From positions 21,700,001-21,764,000 of the forward strand of contig NC_045138.2 of assembly GCF_008831285.2 (NCBI RefSeq): DNA of 64,000 nt, read 5' to 3'. A model generated the notes under the pieces. The model made no database searches, had not been told where the DNA came from, and saw only the letters and a list, made by a program, of their open reading frames with translations. The position numbers and the translations under genes are program-made. Shown here piece by piece: positions 34,497 through 48,270 of the stretch. Positions within the stretch are counted from its first letter, which is position 1. Every line of letters starts with the position of its first letter. This DNA is from Nymphaea colorata (Eukaryota).

Positions 34497-37400
34497 TGCA
34501 CAATGGCAGGCATCACAAGTATTGTAAACTGCTGTTATATGTTTATATGTTTATATGGTTATAAACTTATAAAATTGGGTATATAACAGTTACTTGCCTA
34601 ATGCCTACTCATGTTATCAGTAAGATTGTAAAATCTGAAATAAGACAAAAATATACCTATGACATGGAATAACAAGCAAAAAGCTTTATAAAACATGGTT
34701 TATATTAAATCAGTATTCATGAACTGATTGGTTGTTCACATTTTGTTAAAATGATCTTTCACACAAATTTAAGTGGTTTAGTTAATTGTCTCCTGTCCAA
34801 ATGAGTATTGCATGCAAGGCGCGTGTCTTATTAGACATGTGTTGGCGGCCATCCGCATTCACTTTTTGTGGGCTTGTACGGGCAATTGCCCACACCTGCT
34901 TGGATCATTGTAAAGGGAGCTGGAGTGGACTGTTTTGGGTGAGCGAGAGGGTCATCCCACCACCCGAAGCGAGACCCGAAGGCCCCTCATTCCTCCTGCC
35001 TTTGGGGTCTTGAGTTGCGTCGGTGTTAGTGATAGAACGGTGCACTCTTTAACTTGGATGTCGCGCCCTGTCACCTTAAGACACAAGACGCTCATGAAAA
35101 TCAAACTAGAGACCTACTTTATAAAGGCTTTTAACCTGACCAGTTAAGCTATGTCCCTTGAAGTAAAGCTTTGACATTTGACAGTCACACATTGACAGTC
35201 ACACAATGAGTTTTCTTCAGGTTTTTGAAAAGAGCATTGTGATACTGATACCCGTTTTGGTACATGAGTTGATGGGTTTCATCCAATCTCCTTTTAAAAC
35301 TGATTTGACTAAAGCGGTTCTTTTTTGCTTTTTCTTGCTTGAGAGTATGCCAACCGAGGGTGGATGATTCCCTTCATCTTTTTCATTGCCCGAAGGTTTA
35401 AAAGGAAACTCTTACGAGCTTTTGACTGACGCTCATAACTGCATTAATTGGTGTGAATATTCCCGTCGGTTTACTGGGACAAAGAATTGACGTCTCCCCT
35501 CCACGACAAACAGTGAGACCTTCTTATTCAACTTTCATTAACGGCGCAATCGCAATTAATTCCAGCTAACTGGGGAACCTAAATAGAGACGCCGATTGAT
35601 TTTTAATGGAGCCCATCTCTTCGAAGCTGGGCATTGACTTCACTCATCTTTTGGACGTTGGAGTAGTTGGTGGGTGTATTTTTAAAAGATTAAAAACACT
35701 TTCGTATGCTTTATGAATATATCAGACAAATTCATAGAACACAGCGGAGATTTCACTCTTAAAGTGGGATCCCCATCTATGTTTTTTCGAAAAATGATTG
35801 ATATCATAGGCAAATTTAGGGTTTGTTTGCATGCATTTGAATCTCTTAAAAGGGCGGGGGCGGTCAACATCCACGAAAGTTTTTTTTTTTTTTTTGTTTG
35901 AAGTACACCACACCTTGGATTGACTAAACCTTTATAAAAGTTTTACTATGATAATGGTAGACTTAAAGTCTAGCAATCTGCAGTGCCCACACCATACTTA
36001 GGCCACTGCCTTTTAACCCAACACCCAACCTGTTGTAAAATTAAGTTAAAATTTTTTAGCTCTCTTTTTCTGTGGTCGTGTCTGGAGGTTGTGACTTATA
36101 TCTTCTTGGTGGCGCATTTGGGAGGAGCGCAACAACAGGGTCTTTAGGGACACTTTCTTTTTACTGGATTCTATGGCACTTCTTTTGCATGGAGATATAC
36201 ACTTTGCTATTCGGCTATGATGCTGTCCTTCGTTTGCTATTCAGTAACTCTGCCACTCCGTTTATCCACTTTCTCCCCACCCCTCTTATTTTGTTTTATT
36301 GTGCTGTTATTTTGTATAATTTGTTCTTTTCATTTTATTTTGTTAGTTTGTTCTTGTAGTTAGGGACTCATTGCCTCTAAATTTTGTTATGTATTTCCGT
36401 TTTATGAGCTCTGGTGTACACTCTCCCTCTTTTTTTTTTTCTCTTCCTCATACACACACATTGTGTCTCTCTCTCTCTCGCCTCTCTCGCATCGTCGCTG
36501 TTCACTGCAGCTACCACTGAGCTCACGTTGTCCTTGTTCACTGCAGCAACCATCGACAGTGCAAGTACATCACCATCCGCCATCAGCCCCAGTGCCTCAG
36601 GCCATCTTTACGTCTTTCTCTCTATCCCTCCCTCCCTCTTTTGTCTTAACATCATCGTCTGCTGCAACAAGTAGCTACTATTCTGCCGCAGCCATCACAA
36701 GACCATCCACTCCAGGTCTTCTCCGTCTCCCATTTTTGATGTCTCATTAACAGCTATTTTTCAGTGTTTTCATGTCTCTGTCTTGGTTTGGAGTTGGTGA
36801 AGCCTGTGTCGTGAGGGTTTGAGCTTCTGTTTGGATCATGTATGAGAGTTCGAGGCTTTTGTCTGTTGCCATTGTCCGATTTCTTCCTTCTTTGAATTTT
36901 TTTGTTCCTATTCTACCTTGAAACTTGGGCGCTAGTTAATCTCTCATCACATTTGTCCTTATTCAACTCAAGACCATTATTCAATTTTGGTTCATCTCGA
37001 ATCTCATCACCAGCCATATAAAATACCAACGTCGAACATTTTTTTCCATAATGTCAACAAACATCAGAATGGAATTTCTTGGGATTAAAATCTTCATCAA
37101 CCAAACACGTCCGACTTCTGGGATGGGGATTAAATCTCTGTTAAGCTAATTCCAGGATTTTAATCTTTGTGCTACCAAATGCTACCTCACAGAATATTCC
37201 TACTACCAAACAATATCTTAGTTACTAACAATTTTCTTGGTGATTCATTTTTCTTTTTCCGCTTACCCTCATAAAATCTGCAACAATGGATGTGGGTATG
37301 TATAATACAGTCACTAAATTAATTTTGGTGTGACCTTTGGGCAGAATATTCTCTCTCAATTTTTTTTTTGTTTGTCACGGGTTTCTAAAAAAATGCATGT

Positions 37401-38375
37401 TAGTTATGTTGATTAAGGGGCCACAATCCAGCAGCTTATTGGTACTGTGGTGTTATGGTAAAAGTGTGAACTACAAGCAGTGTGAACTACAAACATAAAA
37501 AAGGTAGGTATAATTTTCATTCTTTCCAATTTTTCTCTAGAGACTCGAGAAATAAAGAGAAAACTTGAAAACTTTGGTTTTGAAAATTTCCCGAAACGTG
37601 GTCTTCTCGTAAGACCTCAAAACATAAACAGTTGTTACCGATTGATTCTTAGATTTCTCAAATGCTCAAGTTGCAAAAGTTGAAATTCCTACCAATAAAA
37701 CAACTTTCGTTATGTCAGTGTGGTTAAATTCCAAATTAAATGCTCTAAAAAGGACAACAAAACATCAAAAATCAAACGTTCATGCTCATTACGAGCAGAG
37801 GGTTTTAGTTTTACTTAACCAAAACCTGTTCTTATGTATAGAAAGTGGTAAAAGAGAACTACCCATGAAAGGTCTTCAAGAAAGACTCGGAAAACAAAAA
37901 CTGAGATGAGGAAAGTAACTTGCATGTTTGGTGCAGGCATGAAGATATTCCAAACGTCGACATCCCTGAATTAATGGAGCTCAGTGAGGTCCATCATCTC
38001 TAGATCCTCTAGCCGAATATGTGTTGATGTTGATTATTGTCCAAAAGGAATTAATACACGAGAACGACGACCCAAGTTTTAATAAGATGGTTCTCTAGGA
38101 GAAGAGTTCCATCTCAAATTCTCAATCTATGAACAGGTGGAGACGTCTCCCTCTTGCATCAAGCGAAAGATTCATGTCTACAACCAAGATTTAACGACTG
38201 CATTCATACAAATGTGGTCCTGATTTCAACATTACTCTCCTTGTCGACCTAGCAAAAACTGAGATGAGGAAGGTTGTCAACATTGATTCGGCCAGAAAAA
38301 TGTTCTTCTTGCGTTTGGATGACACCCTAAGTTTTTATACCAAGTGATACAGTGTTAAAAGTGACATAAAAAACG

Positions 38376-38815
38376 CGTTTTTTTCAAAAAAAATTATGAA
38401 AAAAACGTGATAAATTAAATTACCGTTTAAAACATAAAAAAGCACGTTTGTTTTTTAAATGTTAAAAACTAAAAAAACACGTTTTAAACTTTTTTGCATT
38501 TTTTTCATTTTTTAATGCCAAATAGTTTTTTTATTTTCTATTTTTTATTTGTTGCAAATCTACTTATCTTTTGATGTTTGTGTTATTAATTTTTCACGTT
38601 TTTTTCAAAAAAATTATGAAAAAAACGTGATAAATTAAATTACCGTTTAAAACATAAAAAAGCACGTTTGTTTTTTAAATGTTAAAAACTAAAAAAACAC
38701 GTTTTAAACTTTTTTGCATTTTTTCATTTTTTAATGCCAAATAGTTTTTTTATTTTCTATTTTTATTTGTTGCAAATCTACTTATCTTTTGATGTTTGTG
38801 TTATTAATTTTTCAC
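38376..38815 (+). repeat. ~220-bp near-perfect tandem duplication inside an AT-rich MITE-like element (~38350-38926)
   Basis: CGTTTTTTTCAAAAAAATTATGAAAAAAACGTGATAAATT at 38376 and 38597; both copies end TTATTAATTTTTCAC. Confidence 0.9.
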
Positions 38816-38941
38816 TTATTTTATTTTCTCTCTATTTTTAGTTTTTTTTAAATTTACCATATATTTTCATTTTTTTCAAACTTGTTGTATTATACGCAAG
38901 AAAAAAAATCACCGTCCAAAACATTATTTGTGACTATAACC

Positions 38942-39119
38942 CAATGGCGAAGCCACTTTGTGGCTGCAGTGGGCAAATGGCCACACCATTCTATATAAAT
39001 TGCTTTATTTATACACATGAACTTCATTAACTTTCACTTTTTTATATATGACTGTTCTTTCAAATTTGAAATTTACAGTAACAGTGCCCCTTAGATAGAA
39101 ATTTCCGGCTCCGCCACTA
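38942..39119. mobile_element. Small MITE of the (CAG)TGGCGGAGC family
   Basis: CAATGGCGAAGCC ... GGCTCCGCCACTA termini; similar degenerate copies at ~5598-5840, ~30297-30483 and ~51493-51870. Confidence 0.55.
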
Positions 39120-39905
39120 TCATAACTAGTTTTTTTTATGAATAACACAACGAGAGTAGGGCTTTTCACTTCTTTTTACGAAACCACTTTTTGTTAAAAC
39201 TGAGTTGTCCTTCTCGGATGGCACCCAAACACTCCAAAAACTTGGTTTTAAAGACAAAACTAGCTTTTGCATTGAAAATCTAGGCAAAACCAGGTTTTAC
39301 ATCAAAAACTTAGTTTAGGGTGTCACCCCTAAAATCTTTTCTAAAACAAATAAAATACAAAATATATATTTCCAAGTAACAAGTCAAATAGAAAAAATGA
39401 AAGTGAAAATAAAAAATTCACAATCAAGAACAAACCATGCCAATTGTCACACTTTAAAGTAATCGGACCTCGTATCGACCCGAAAGAGGTGGATTCCAAT
39501 CGAATCGGCCAGTTCAAAGCTTGCTACAAGTCTACCAAACTCAACTCCGCCATCCAAAGACAAAAAGAAAAAGGTGGTCCTCTTTCATTTTCCAACTTGG
39601 AAGAGAGAAATCAGAACTTGCCATCACAAATATCTGCACTAACATGGTTGGTTTGTGACTAAGAAAAAGAAAGCAGGTGGGCCAAACTGTAGCCCTTCTG
39701 CAGAATATCTCTTTCGCTCAACCACCAATGATTGTTCAATAGGACATAAAAGTAACGCCGTAAGATCAAAAAAGAACATTCCCGAACACCATAACTCTCC
39801 ACCTTCTTTCCGTTCTAAATCCAAACATGATCCAAGACTTCAAATCATGTTAAAAAGAAAAAAAACACTTCATCTAAAAGCTTAAACTTCTTTGTTGCAC
39901 TTTAA

Positions 39906-40480
39906 GAGACCGTTTAGCACTAGGAATAAAGCGTGAGTGTTTAGTAAACCTGCTCTAAATTAGGGTAGATTCATAGATCACATGAACGAACAAGTGTCTC
40001 ATGAATCTATCTCAATTTTGAGGCAGATTCTTGCCACATTCACATGTTGTTTCTAATGTCAAACAAAACAATGCATAACTATTTCATAAATATGCCCCAA
40101 AAATTGGAACAGATACATGGAACACACTAAAAAGTGTTATATGAATCCGTCTCAATTTGTTTTGGGTAGATTCATATAACAGTTTTGTTATCAAAATATC
40201 ACATAGATGGACAAATATAACCATGCATTCCATGCATATGTCATACAAATTGAGACAGATTCATAAAATACTTTGAAGCGGATTCATGAAACAATAACAA
40301 ACTATTCCCATTGTCGATTGTCTCTTAGGGGGTCATTTGGCAATTGGAACGCTCACAAAGTATTTCACCCCAAACATTGGAGTAAATTCATAAAACAGTA
40401 GACCTAAGTGTCTCTCTAGATATACCTTAATCTTTAAGGGAGAACACTCACAAAATATTTCATATACCAAACCGCTCTTA
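39906..40480. mobile_element. Cluster of Tourist-like MITEs (TTCATGAA/CTGCCCC repeat family)
   Basis: TAA/TTA-flanked termini GAGACCGTTTAG.., GGGGGTCATTTGG ... CCAAACCGCTC; similar to 8215-8600, the host of the TRIM. Confidence 0.5.
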
Positions 40481-41154
40481 ATGACTCATTGATAAATAAA
40501 ATAGTATGTAATGACTTTATGAATATGTTTAAAAGATTGGGGCAGATTCATGAAACACCTTCAAAAGTGTTCTATGAATTGAGGATGCCGCTGAAACTAG
40601 GTTTATGAAAAAACCAATTATGACAAGATGCCGCTATTAAAAGAGAGTGAACAACCTGGCTCCTCTAGATTATTCTAAGCAAATGTCATTTTATCTTGTC
40701 GCCCAATCACACAAACCATGATTTAAGAACTGATTAAAAAAACTAAGTTGTCACTAAACTTGATTTTCACAAAATGTTGTTTTTTAAAGGTTTCATCCAA
40801 ACACAACTTAAAATGTCTCAGAAAGATGGGAAGAGAACGTCTCATATGTTCTATCCGAGGCATTCTTCTCCTCGCATTGAAATGTGGGAGAGAGAAGCAA
40901 AACCAGCTTTCCATTGCAAACAAGATTAAAATTTTGGTTCCCAAACACACAATAGACATCTACGCCACCCTGCTGCCGTCGGAGTAAAATATATTTTACA
41001 ACTCAACCTCCCATGTTTGTTCTTTCCTCCTCCTCATCATAGACGGCATATTCACCCAAGAACGTAGCATCGAGAAAAAAGAAACCATACAACTCAAGAA
41101 GTTATTTGCACTCATATACCAGTGTAAGAAGGTGAAGCACAGTGTCTCTGTGCT

Positions 41155-42670
41155 TCAGGTAACTTTGACATTGCAGCTCTTCTGTGCCTCCTTGACGTTC
41201 TTATCGTACTCATCCTCCTCATCCTCCTCGTCGCATTCCTCCTCCTTCTTACCTTGCTTCTCCTCTCCCTTGGCCTCATCTCCTTCTTCTGCTTCTTCTT
41301 CGTCCTCTTCTTCTTCTTCCACGGCTCCCCACCCGAACCCGGGGATAGGCCGTGAAGAAGGAGGGGGTGTTCTCGCCTCACCTACAATCTTCATGATATC
41401 CTCTACACTCTGGGGATATAAGTTGGGGTTGCCACGTTGGTAGTACACAGCCTGTGCTGCCTCAGTGAGCTCTCTAGGCAGGTTCCTTAGAAACCAAGGA
41501 TGAGTTTTGATCTCCCTGATTGCAATCCTCTGCAAGAATCATAAAACAAAGTCCCTCTTTCACCATGCCATTGTCATTAGAGAAAAAGAGGAGCCAAAAG
41601 AGAAGCATCCTTATCAACATGCCAAGAGAAGACGGATACCCTGGCAGGATTCGCTACGAATATCCTTGAGAGAAGCTGCCTGCAATCCTGAGAGATGTGG
41701 ACGTAATCTGGGATCTTATACTGTACATTCATGATGCGCTGCAGAGGCATTCAGACTCCGAAGACAGTCAGAGACACTTTCCGAGGGAGATATTGTAGAG
41801 AATTGGAAACTCTGTTCGAAGAAGGAACTTACTCCGATTGTCTTCCTGAAATTCTTGGGGTCCTCTGGATCTTCGAAGGGGTAAGCTCCGACCAGCATAA
41901 CGTAAAGCGTCACGCCACAGGACCAAACATCAGCCATCTGTATACCCCATCCAAGTTGATAAACAACAATACAAGTGATGATTTAATCATCTGAAAAGTT
42001 CCTTTGTAATTCTCAAGCAAAAATTGACCAGAAAATTCTACTTGAGGATCCGGCAGGAGTTTGCTTAACCCCCACTCGCCAATCAAGAAAACAGAAAACC
42101 AAAGAGAAGCAACAGTAAATGGTCATCAAAAATGAAAAAAGGGTTGGTACTATGTCTACAGTCTCATTTTCTAAACTGGCTTCAAATAAAACTGGGAGAG
42201 ATTGTTTCAACAAATCATCAGTTTTGAACAGATAATAAGCTAACAGATACACCGTGTATATGCAATGGGTTGTGGACATGTAGCTATGATTCTGAAGAAT
42301 ATAAGATCTCAAAAGTCTCCACCTCTCTGCGTTTGTGGCCTAAACTGAAACCGCTACTTATAAACATACCAGTATCTTCGAAGGAAGCTCCAGAGTGAAA
42401 GGAAAAGAAGAAGGGTTAGAACTACTCTGTTTCTGCTTAGTACCTTTCCATCGTATTCTCGTCGTGAAAGAACTTCCGGTGCTATGTAAGCAGGAGTTCC
42501 GACCGTAGATTTAGGCCTTGAGTGGAGCAAAGACGACTGCGCAAGTTCATTTTCCAAACCAGAAGTCAGGAAAGTAAAAAAGCTTTAGAAATTCCTCAGC
42601 AGAAAGAGAAACACCAGCGGCATATAAAAGTATGGAGGAAGGAATGAATTTCGACTTGCAGAAAGAAGGG

Positions 42671-42713
<43 letters not shown>

Positions 42714-43778
42714 TACGTATAAAAGTATGGTAAAAGGAATGAACTGTAATTGCAGGAAGAAGGGTGAGATAGGACCTTGGAGTACCCGAAATCGCAAATC
42801 TTGAGGCGAGGTGCAGGGCTACCGTCCAAGAGAGTGTTCTCCAGCTTTAAATCACGATGACAGATTTGCTGCCAATTGATCAAAACCGTCAAAATGAAGT
42901 CAAATTATTGATACCTCCGATCTGCTGAATGAAATTTTGAAGAAAAGATTGGGGAAACTGAGCAAAAAAGAGAAAACCTTACTTACCATGGAATGGCAAT
43001 AGCTCACTCCTGAAATAAGCTGCTGAAAGAAATACCTTGCCTGAACGAAATCCACCAAAGAAGACGGAATTGAGGGGAGGAACCAAAAGCCAGCAAAAAA
43101 TTTTGTAGAATTGGACAATCTATACAAGAATGGATTGATATTGAACGAATCAAAGCAGAAACCTCATCTTCGCTGAAACGCCCAGCGTTGCAGATGCGCT
43201 CGAAGAGCTCTCCACCCGCAGCATACTCCATCACAATCCCAAGATGAGTTGGAGTTAACACCACCTGCTCCCATAAACCCAAAATTGCAAAAATTTAGCA
43301 TCTGGTACATTCGATCACTGGCTTAAGCAATTCTTTCTGGGGTTGAAGATAAAATTAAGAAGGAAACAATCAGAAGAAAAGGAAGTTGAAGGAAATAGTC
43401 TAGAGTCTATAACATGGAGGAGAGAGATATTTCTAGGAGAGATTCAATCGAACCAACCTCTTTGAACCTGATTATGTTGGGATGGCGGAGCGACCGGTGA
43501 TTTATGATCTCCCTCGCCACATTCTCATCGATCTGCAATTTCGTTGCCAACAAATTAGAAGATGGGACGACATATTGTTTCTAGAAATTAGCCAAAGAAG
43601 GAAAAAATAGAGGAAACAGAGGAGAGGAGGAAGAACCAATAGATCTAGGGGGACCTACCCTGTGACCCCTTTCGATGAACTTAATGGCGACGAGCTCCTT
43701 AGTCTGCTTGTTCCTGAACAGCCTGGCGACCCCGAAGTTCCCCGCTCCTATCTCCTTCACTACTTCGTATTTCTCCAT
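41155..43778 (-). CDS. SnRK2: SnRK2 Ser/Thr protein kinase (subclass I-like, SAPK7/SRK2A type), 371 aa
   Basis: Exons 43778-43659, 43532-43458, 43264-43163, 43040-42987, 42868-42776, 42536-42444, 41937-41833, 41738-41640, 41529-41155. Sizes 120/75/102/54/93/93/105/99/375 are the typical SnRK2 layout, all GT-AG phase 0. Motifs [79 protein letters not shown], Glu-rich tail. Confidence 0.97.
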
Positions 43779-45428
43779 GGCCTCCCTCTCTCTCCCTCCT
43801 TCCCTCCCTCTTTCTCTCTGTCTCTCTGTGCAAGTTCTTCTTCTCCTATCGTCCACCAGATCTCACATCGCCTGAAGACGAAAAAGGTGAGAAGGCCCGA
43901 TGCTTCATAAATGAATCAGAAAGAAAGCGAAGAATAAACTCCCCTTTTTTTATATTCTTTATTCATTCGTAGCATCAACCACGAAAGACGGATCCTCTTA
44001 CTTACAGAGATCGATTTGAAGCACATGCATCTATGATCGGCTCCTCGATTGACTCCCTCCCACCTTTTCGTTTCCCCTCAGTTTCTTCCTCCTACCGTGG
44101 ATTGATCACGTGAGAGAGAGAGAGAGAGAGTTTCAGTACTTGATGTTGCAGCACTCCCCAAGAGAGAGCGCCGTTTCAGGATGTGGCGGTGGAGCAACAG
44201 CAGCAGCAGCAGCAAGGAATCTACCTCTCCCTAGACGCACTAGTCCTGCTGCTTCTTTTTTCTCTCCCCTTTACTTCTCCTTCACCCTTCCATGTTCTCT
44301 TAAAATTCTCTTCTCCCTTGTGGTGTTCCTGCAAAACGCCAACTGCTATGGCATGTCAACGACAATTACCTGCAGTAAAAGCGGTAAAATAGGAAGAAGA
44401 AAGAGAAGAGCCACCACCAGCTAAAGCAGGAGAAATTTAGACTGGCTTTTTGTCTGCATCAGACATGCTCATGGTGGGACCCCGCCAAGCTCGTGAACCT
44501 TTTGTTCTTCGGGCTGCTAAGTGGAATATCTCTTCATTCCATATTCAGATTTCATCAACGCTCCCCAAACCCATTATCCCCCACTCTGTGAACCCTTTCT
44601 CCCACGCAGACACATTTTCAAACGTATGTCCCCACCGGCCGACCGTCCCCATTGTTGAAGATCCTTGAACTAGAAGAAGGCCATGCCGGCGGTGAGGTCC
44701 CCGGATACTCGTGTGAACGACTGGGACAAGCCGGGGCCGCTTTCTCAGGGCACCTGTTTGCCTCTGGTGGTCCATAGCACCAAAATTTCTCGCCAAAGAT
44801 CTCTTCTTTTGCTGCTACGTGTAGTTGCATTCATTTTGATGGATGGTACTTGCGGAAAATAATTGTTCTGACATGTTTAATCGATTGATGAAATCCGAAT
44901 CTGGACCATGCCAACGCGATTTCAACCTGCCTAATTTGGTTAATTTTTTCTAAAGCTGATCTAGACAGGTCAACTGACTCAACTCAAACTTCAGTGATCT
45001 CGAACATATGCTTGACTTGACTCGAGTTTAAAGTTCGATTTGTCTGTTAAACGAGTCGAAATAGAGCTTAAATGAAAGTTGAATGATTTAGTAGTTCGAG
45101 TTGCAGAAACTCTGACTCATTAAAATTTACTAGACACGGTTTTCATTGTGTTACTTGGAATTTGGGTTAAAAACTGAACGTTTGAGTTAAACCCCATCTG
45201 TAATCTCTCTTGCCTGAGAAGCTCGCTCTCTCCTCTCTGAGATCGGCCGGCGGCCCGCCTGTCTTGGTGTAACCTGTTGCCTCTTGATCTCTCATCTCCC
45301 CGACCATCACTCACCAATCACCACCACTGCTCGGTGTCTACCACGGGTGTTGCTCACCACCATCGTCCACCACCGGAGACCCCACCATCGATGTATCGCC
45401 GACATACCACCGCCTGCACCACCCACAA

Positions 45429-45461
<33 letters not shown>

Positions 45462-47911
45462 AGTTCTCCCACTCTGTCGCTGCCCATAATCTGTTGGCAC
45501 ACACTTTCGGCGCAAATCCCCTCTTGCACACTGCCTCTAGCGTGTGAATGAATGCACGAATCACTATTAATCTATCCACCATCAATGTGCATGTGAATAT
45601 CTGCCTTTGTCTGCATCTTGTGAATCTCCGCTGTATGCTGGGATCAGTTTTCTGTCGATCATTGCTTGGTGTCTCTCTATCTTTTATTCTTTTGATTAGG
45701 GCTTTCGATTTGTCCCTTTAATTGGCAGAATTTGGGGTCTTGATTGCGATTTTGGGGTTTCAACTTCGGTTGTTGAGTGCAGATTTGAGGCTTTTGTATG
45801 GGGGTTTTGATCACCAGCAAAGCAAATATGAAGATTCTGTTTGTATGTACTAGTAATTATTCTGATGACACTTCAGATTTTCAACTTTGAGAGCCTATTT
45901 ACTTCTCAGATATCTTCTAGTTATGCTTTTGTCCCTTTTGGTTAACTAGCTCGTAAATAAGGAACTCTTTTCTCTTTTTGCAAGACGTTTTTTTTCTTCC
46001 AAATGCAAGGAACTCTCAGGTAAGCTCGTTCATTCTCATGTTTATGGTGTGAGATATTGTCACATAAAATAAACAAGCTTAATATAAGTTCATAATTTTA
46101 CAGGTCCTTTTTTTCCAGCCTATCATCCAGTTGAGAGCTGAAATGCCTCATACTGATCTTACCTTTCATCCTGATCTTTCCTTTTAGTAGTATAAAAAGG
46201 CTAAAATGAAGTATAAAAGAGTAACCAAGTGTAAATCTTAGATTCAAGATTTCAATGTGAATCTTTTGCCACATGAAATCAGTGAATCGAAGATTTGAGG
46301 TAATCAAACGCCCCTCTTAGTTCATGTTCTTGCCCTTCTCAGTAAAGACACAGTCTCTGATCACTTTATTATTGTTTTCTTGTTGATCGTGGCAGAGTTT
46401 GGTCCATTGTTTCTTTCAGTTCATTTCTGAGAGCTGTAAAAGACTTTAATCAACTACCCACTGATTGTCACACTCATGCATCCCAAAAGAGGAAAAACAA
46501 AAAGATAATAGATCCCACCACTTAATCAGACATAGCTCTGGAGCAAGAAGCAAAAGAAGGGGGCTGCAGCTCTCTCTCTCAACTCTCAAGAGCGATGAGA
46601 TTAATCCTCCTGCTAACCTGAATAAACAACTTCCCGTTTCAATCATTGAAATGACAGAGCTTTCATTGAAGCTCACAGATTCTCGTAACCTGATACAGGC
46701 AAACCAATAGGACCAAGACGACCGACTTTCGTTGCCTATTGCACATGCAAGAACACATATAAAATTGCTGGTGTCTTCGTAGTTTAACATCCCCAATGCT
46801 TATTAAATAAACAAAATAAAAGATGCATTCTTTATCATCCCTTCATGAGGGACATTACATTAATTACTTCTAAAACCAGATCTTATGAACATTGTAAACG
46901 GAGTTTGTCTCTTATTCCCTGAGATTCTTTGGATCGCATCTGGATTATCAGAGGATACTTAGTGCCTAAAAACAATCATAATAATAATAATACAATATCT
47001 TGAATTCAAAAATAAGGATGTGAGAGGAGAGATAGATGAAAGAGAACCATGTATTCTCGTGGTTTGACCCAAAGGGCTTGCATAACATGATCTGCTATTA
47101 TTTTCTTTCTCTCCATTATTGATTCGTTTACACATGTACAAGTAGATTTTACAATGGACATCTGCAAGGATCTTAAGAAAAAATAAGATGGAGAAAGAGT
47201 TAACACCAACCTCAAGTGAAGTTGTTCCTAAGAGGGTTGCGGCAATGGTTGGGGCGGAAGCTGGTAGGCGGTTAGTTTCTGTTTCAAATATTCGGAGTGT
47301 CAATTCTCTATGTTATAAGAGAGAGATTACTAACATGTAAGTTGAAGCATGGTGGAGCGGTATCCTGAGACATTGAAAGCAAACCATGTACCTTGACAAG
47401 AGGTTGGGTGAGAGAGAGCTTCCTCTCTTCTCTAGAGGTAGGATGAAATATTTTTCTTGCTTATCAAAAACCTCCTTTTGGATACTTTTTGCATGTTTAA
47501 ATCCACCAGCTTTAAGGAGAGAAAATAATTGTGAAAAGAAAAATAGAAAGATAAGCAAAAGAAAAAAAAAGTACTGAAAAGAAAACAGTCCTAAAATAGA
47601 ACTGGTTGAACTTGTTTTCCTGAATAAGATGTAAGCATATCTATCAATCAAATGCAGGAATATTCTTAATTAAAAAGTTTCTATAATATTTACCTTTCTG
47701 TTGTAGGTTATATTACTGGCTCATGTTGAGGAATGAATGAAGTGAACTCTTGACTTGATCATAGAGAAAAAAAAGTTGCATAATTAGAATAAAATTATTA
47801 ATTGCTTGATGATTCTGAAAACAGTAGAATCAAGCAAAACCAGTGACAATTGAGGACTATGGGCCAAGCCACGTAGCATTATGGGTTGCAAATTTTCAAT
47901 TCAAACTCCAA

Positions 47912-48270
47912 TGCAACACCTTAAAAGTTTAGTCTCGTATTGGACATTGTGAAAGATCTTCAAAAACTTATAAATGAGGTTGTTGAAATGATTGGTTGTC
48001 CAGGTTCTTAATATTTGTTACACGAGAACCGAAACTACTAGGGGATAAGTTGAGATCCGTCTAACCAGGGGCTCCCAACCCAAGAGGGGGTCGAATCGTT
48101 ACGGTGTATTGGTTCAACACTCGGGGTCGAATCGTTATAGTGGTATTGGTTCAACACTCGGAGTTGTCATGGTTCCTATCTTTTTTTATACTATAACTTA
48201 AACCACCTAAAGGTGAGTTGAAATCCACTTAACCAAGAGCCTGAACCTGGAAGTGGATCGAATGGTTACT
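47912..48270 (+). mobile_element. Degenerate third copy of the TRIM
   Basis: TGCAACACCTTAAAAGTTTAGTCTCGTAT... aligns with LTR 8786-8977. A decayed PBS (AGTGGTATTGGTTCAACACTCGG) is locally duplicated and followed by the 3' part of a second LTR. Confidence 0.7.

Noticed and set aside
34920..35680. Possible organellar (mitochondrial) insertion
   Set aside because: Only a compositional impression; no organellar gene recognised. Needs BLASTn.
36108..37188. Possible Harbinger-like element with CT-rich cargo
   Set aside because: Termini GGCGCATTTGGGAG / CTACCAAATGCTACC match only loosely and no TSD was confirmed.
37890..38300. LRR/NLR-like fragments on the minus strand (IQGCRRLEYL, LPHLSF twice)
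   Set aside because: Fragments too short and frame-broken to support a pseudogene call.
47405..47435. GAGAGAGCTTCCTCTC resembling a miR159/319 star arm
   Set aside because: No complementary mature miRNA sequence nearby.
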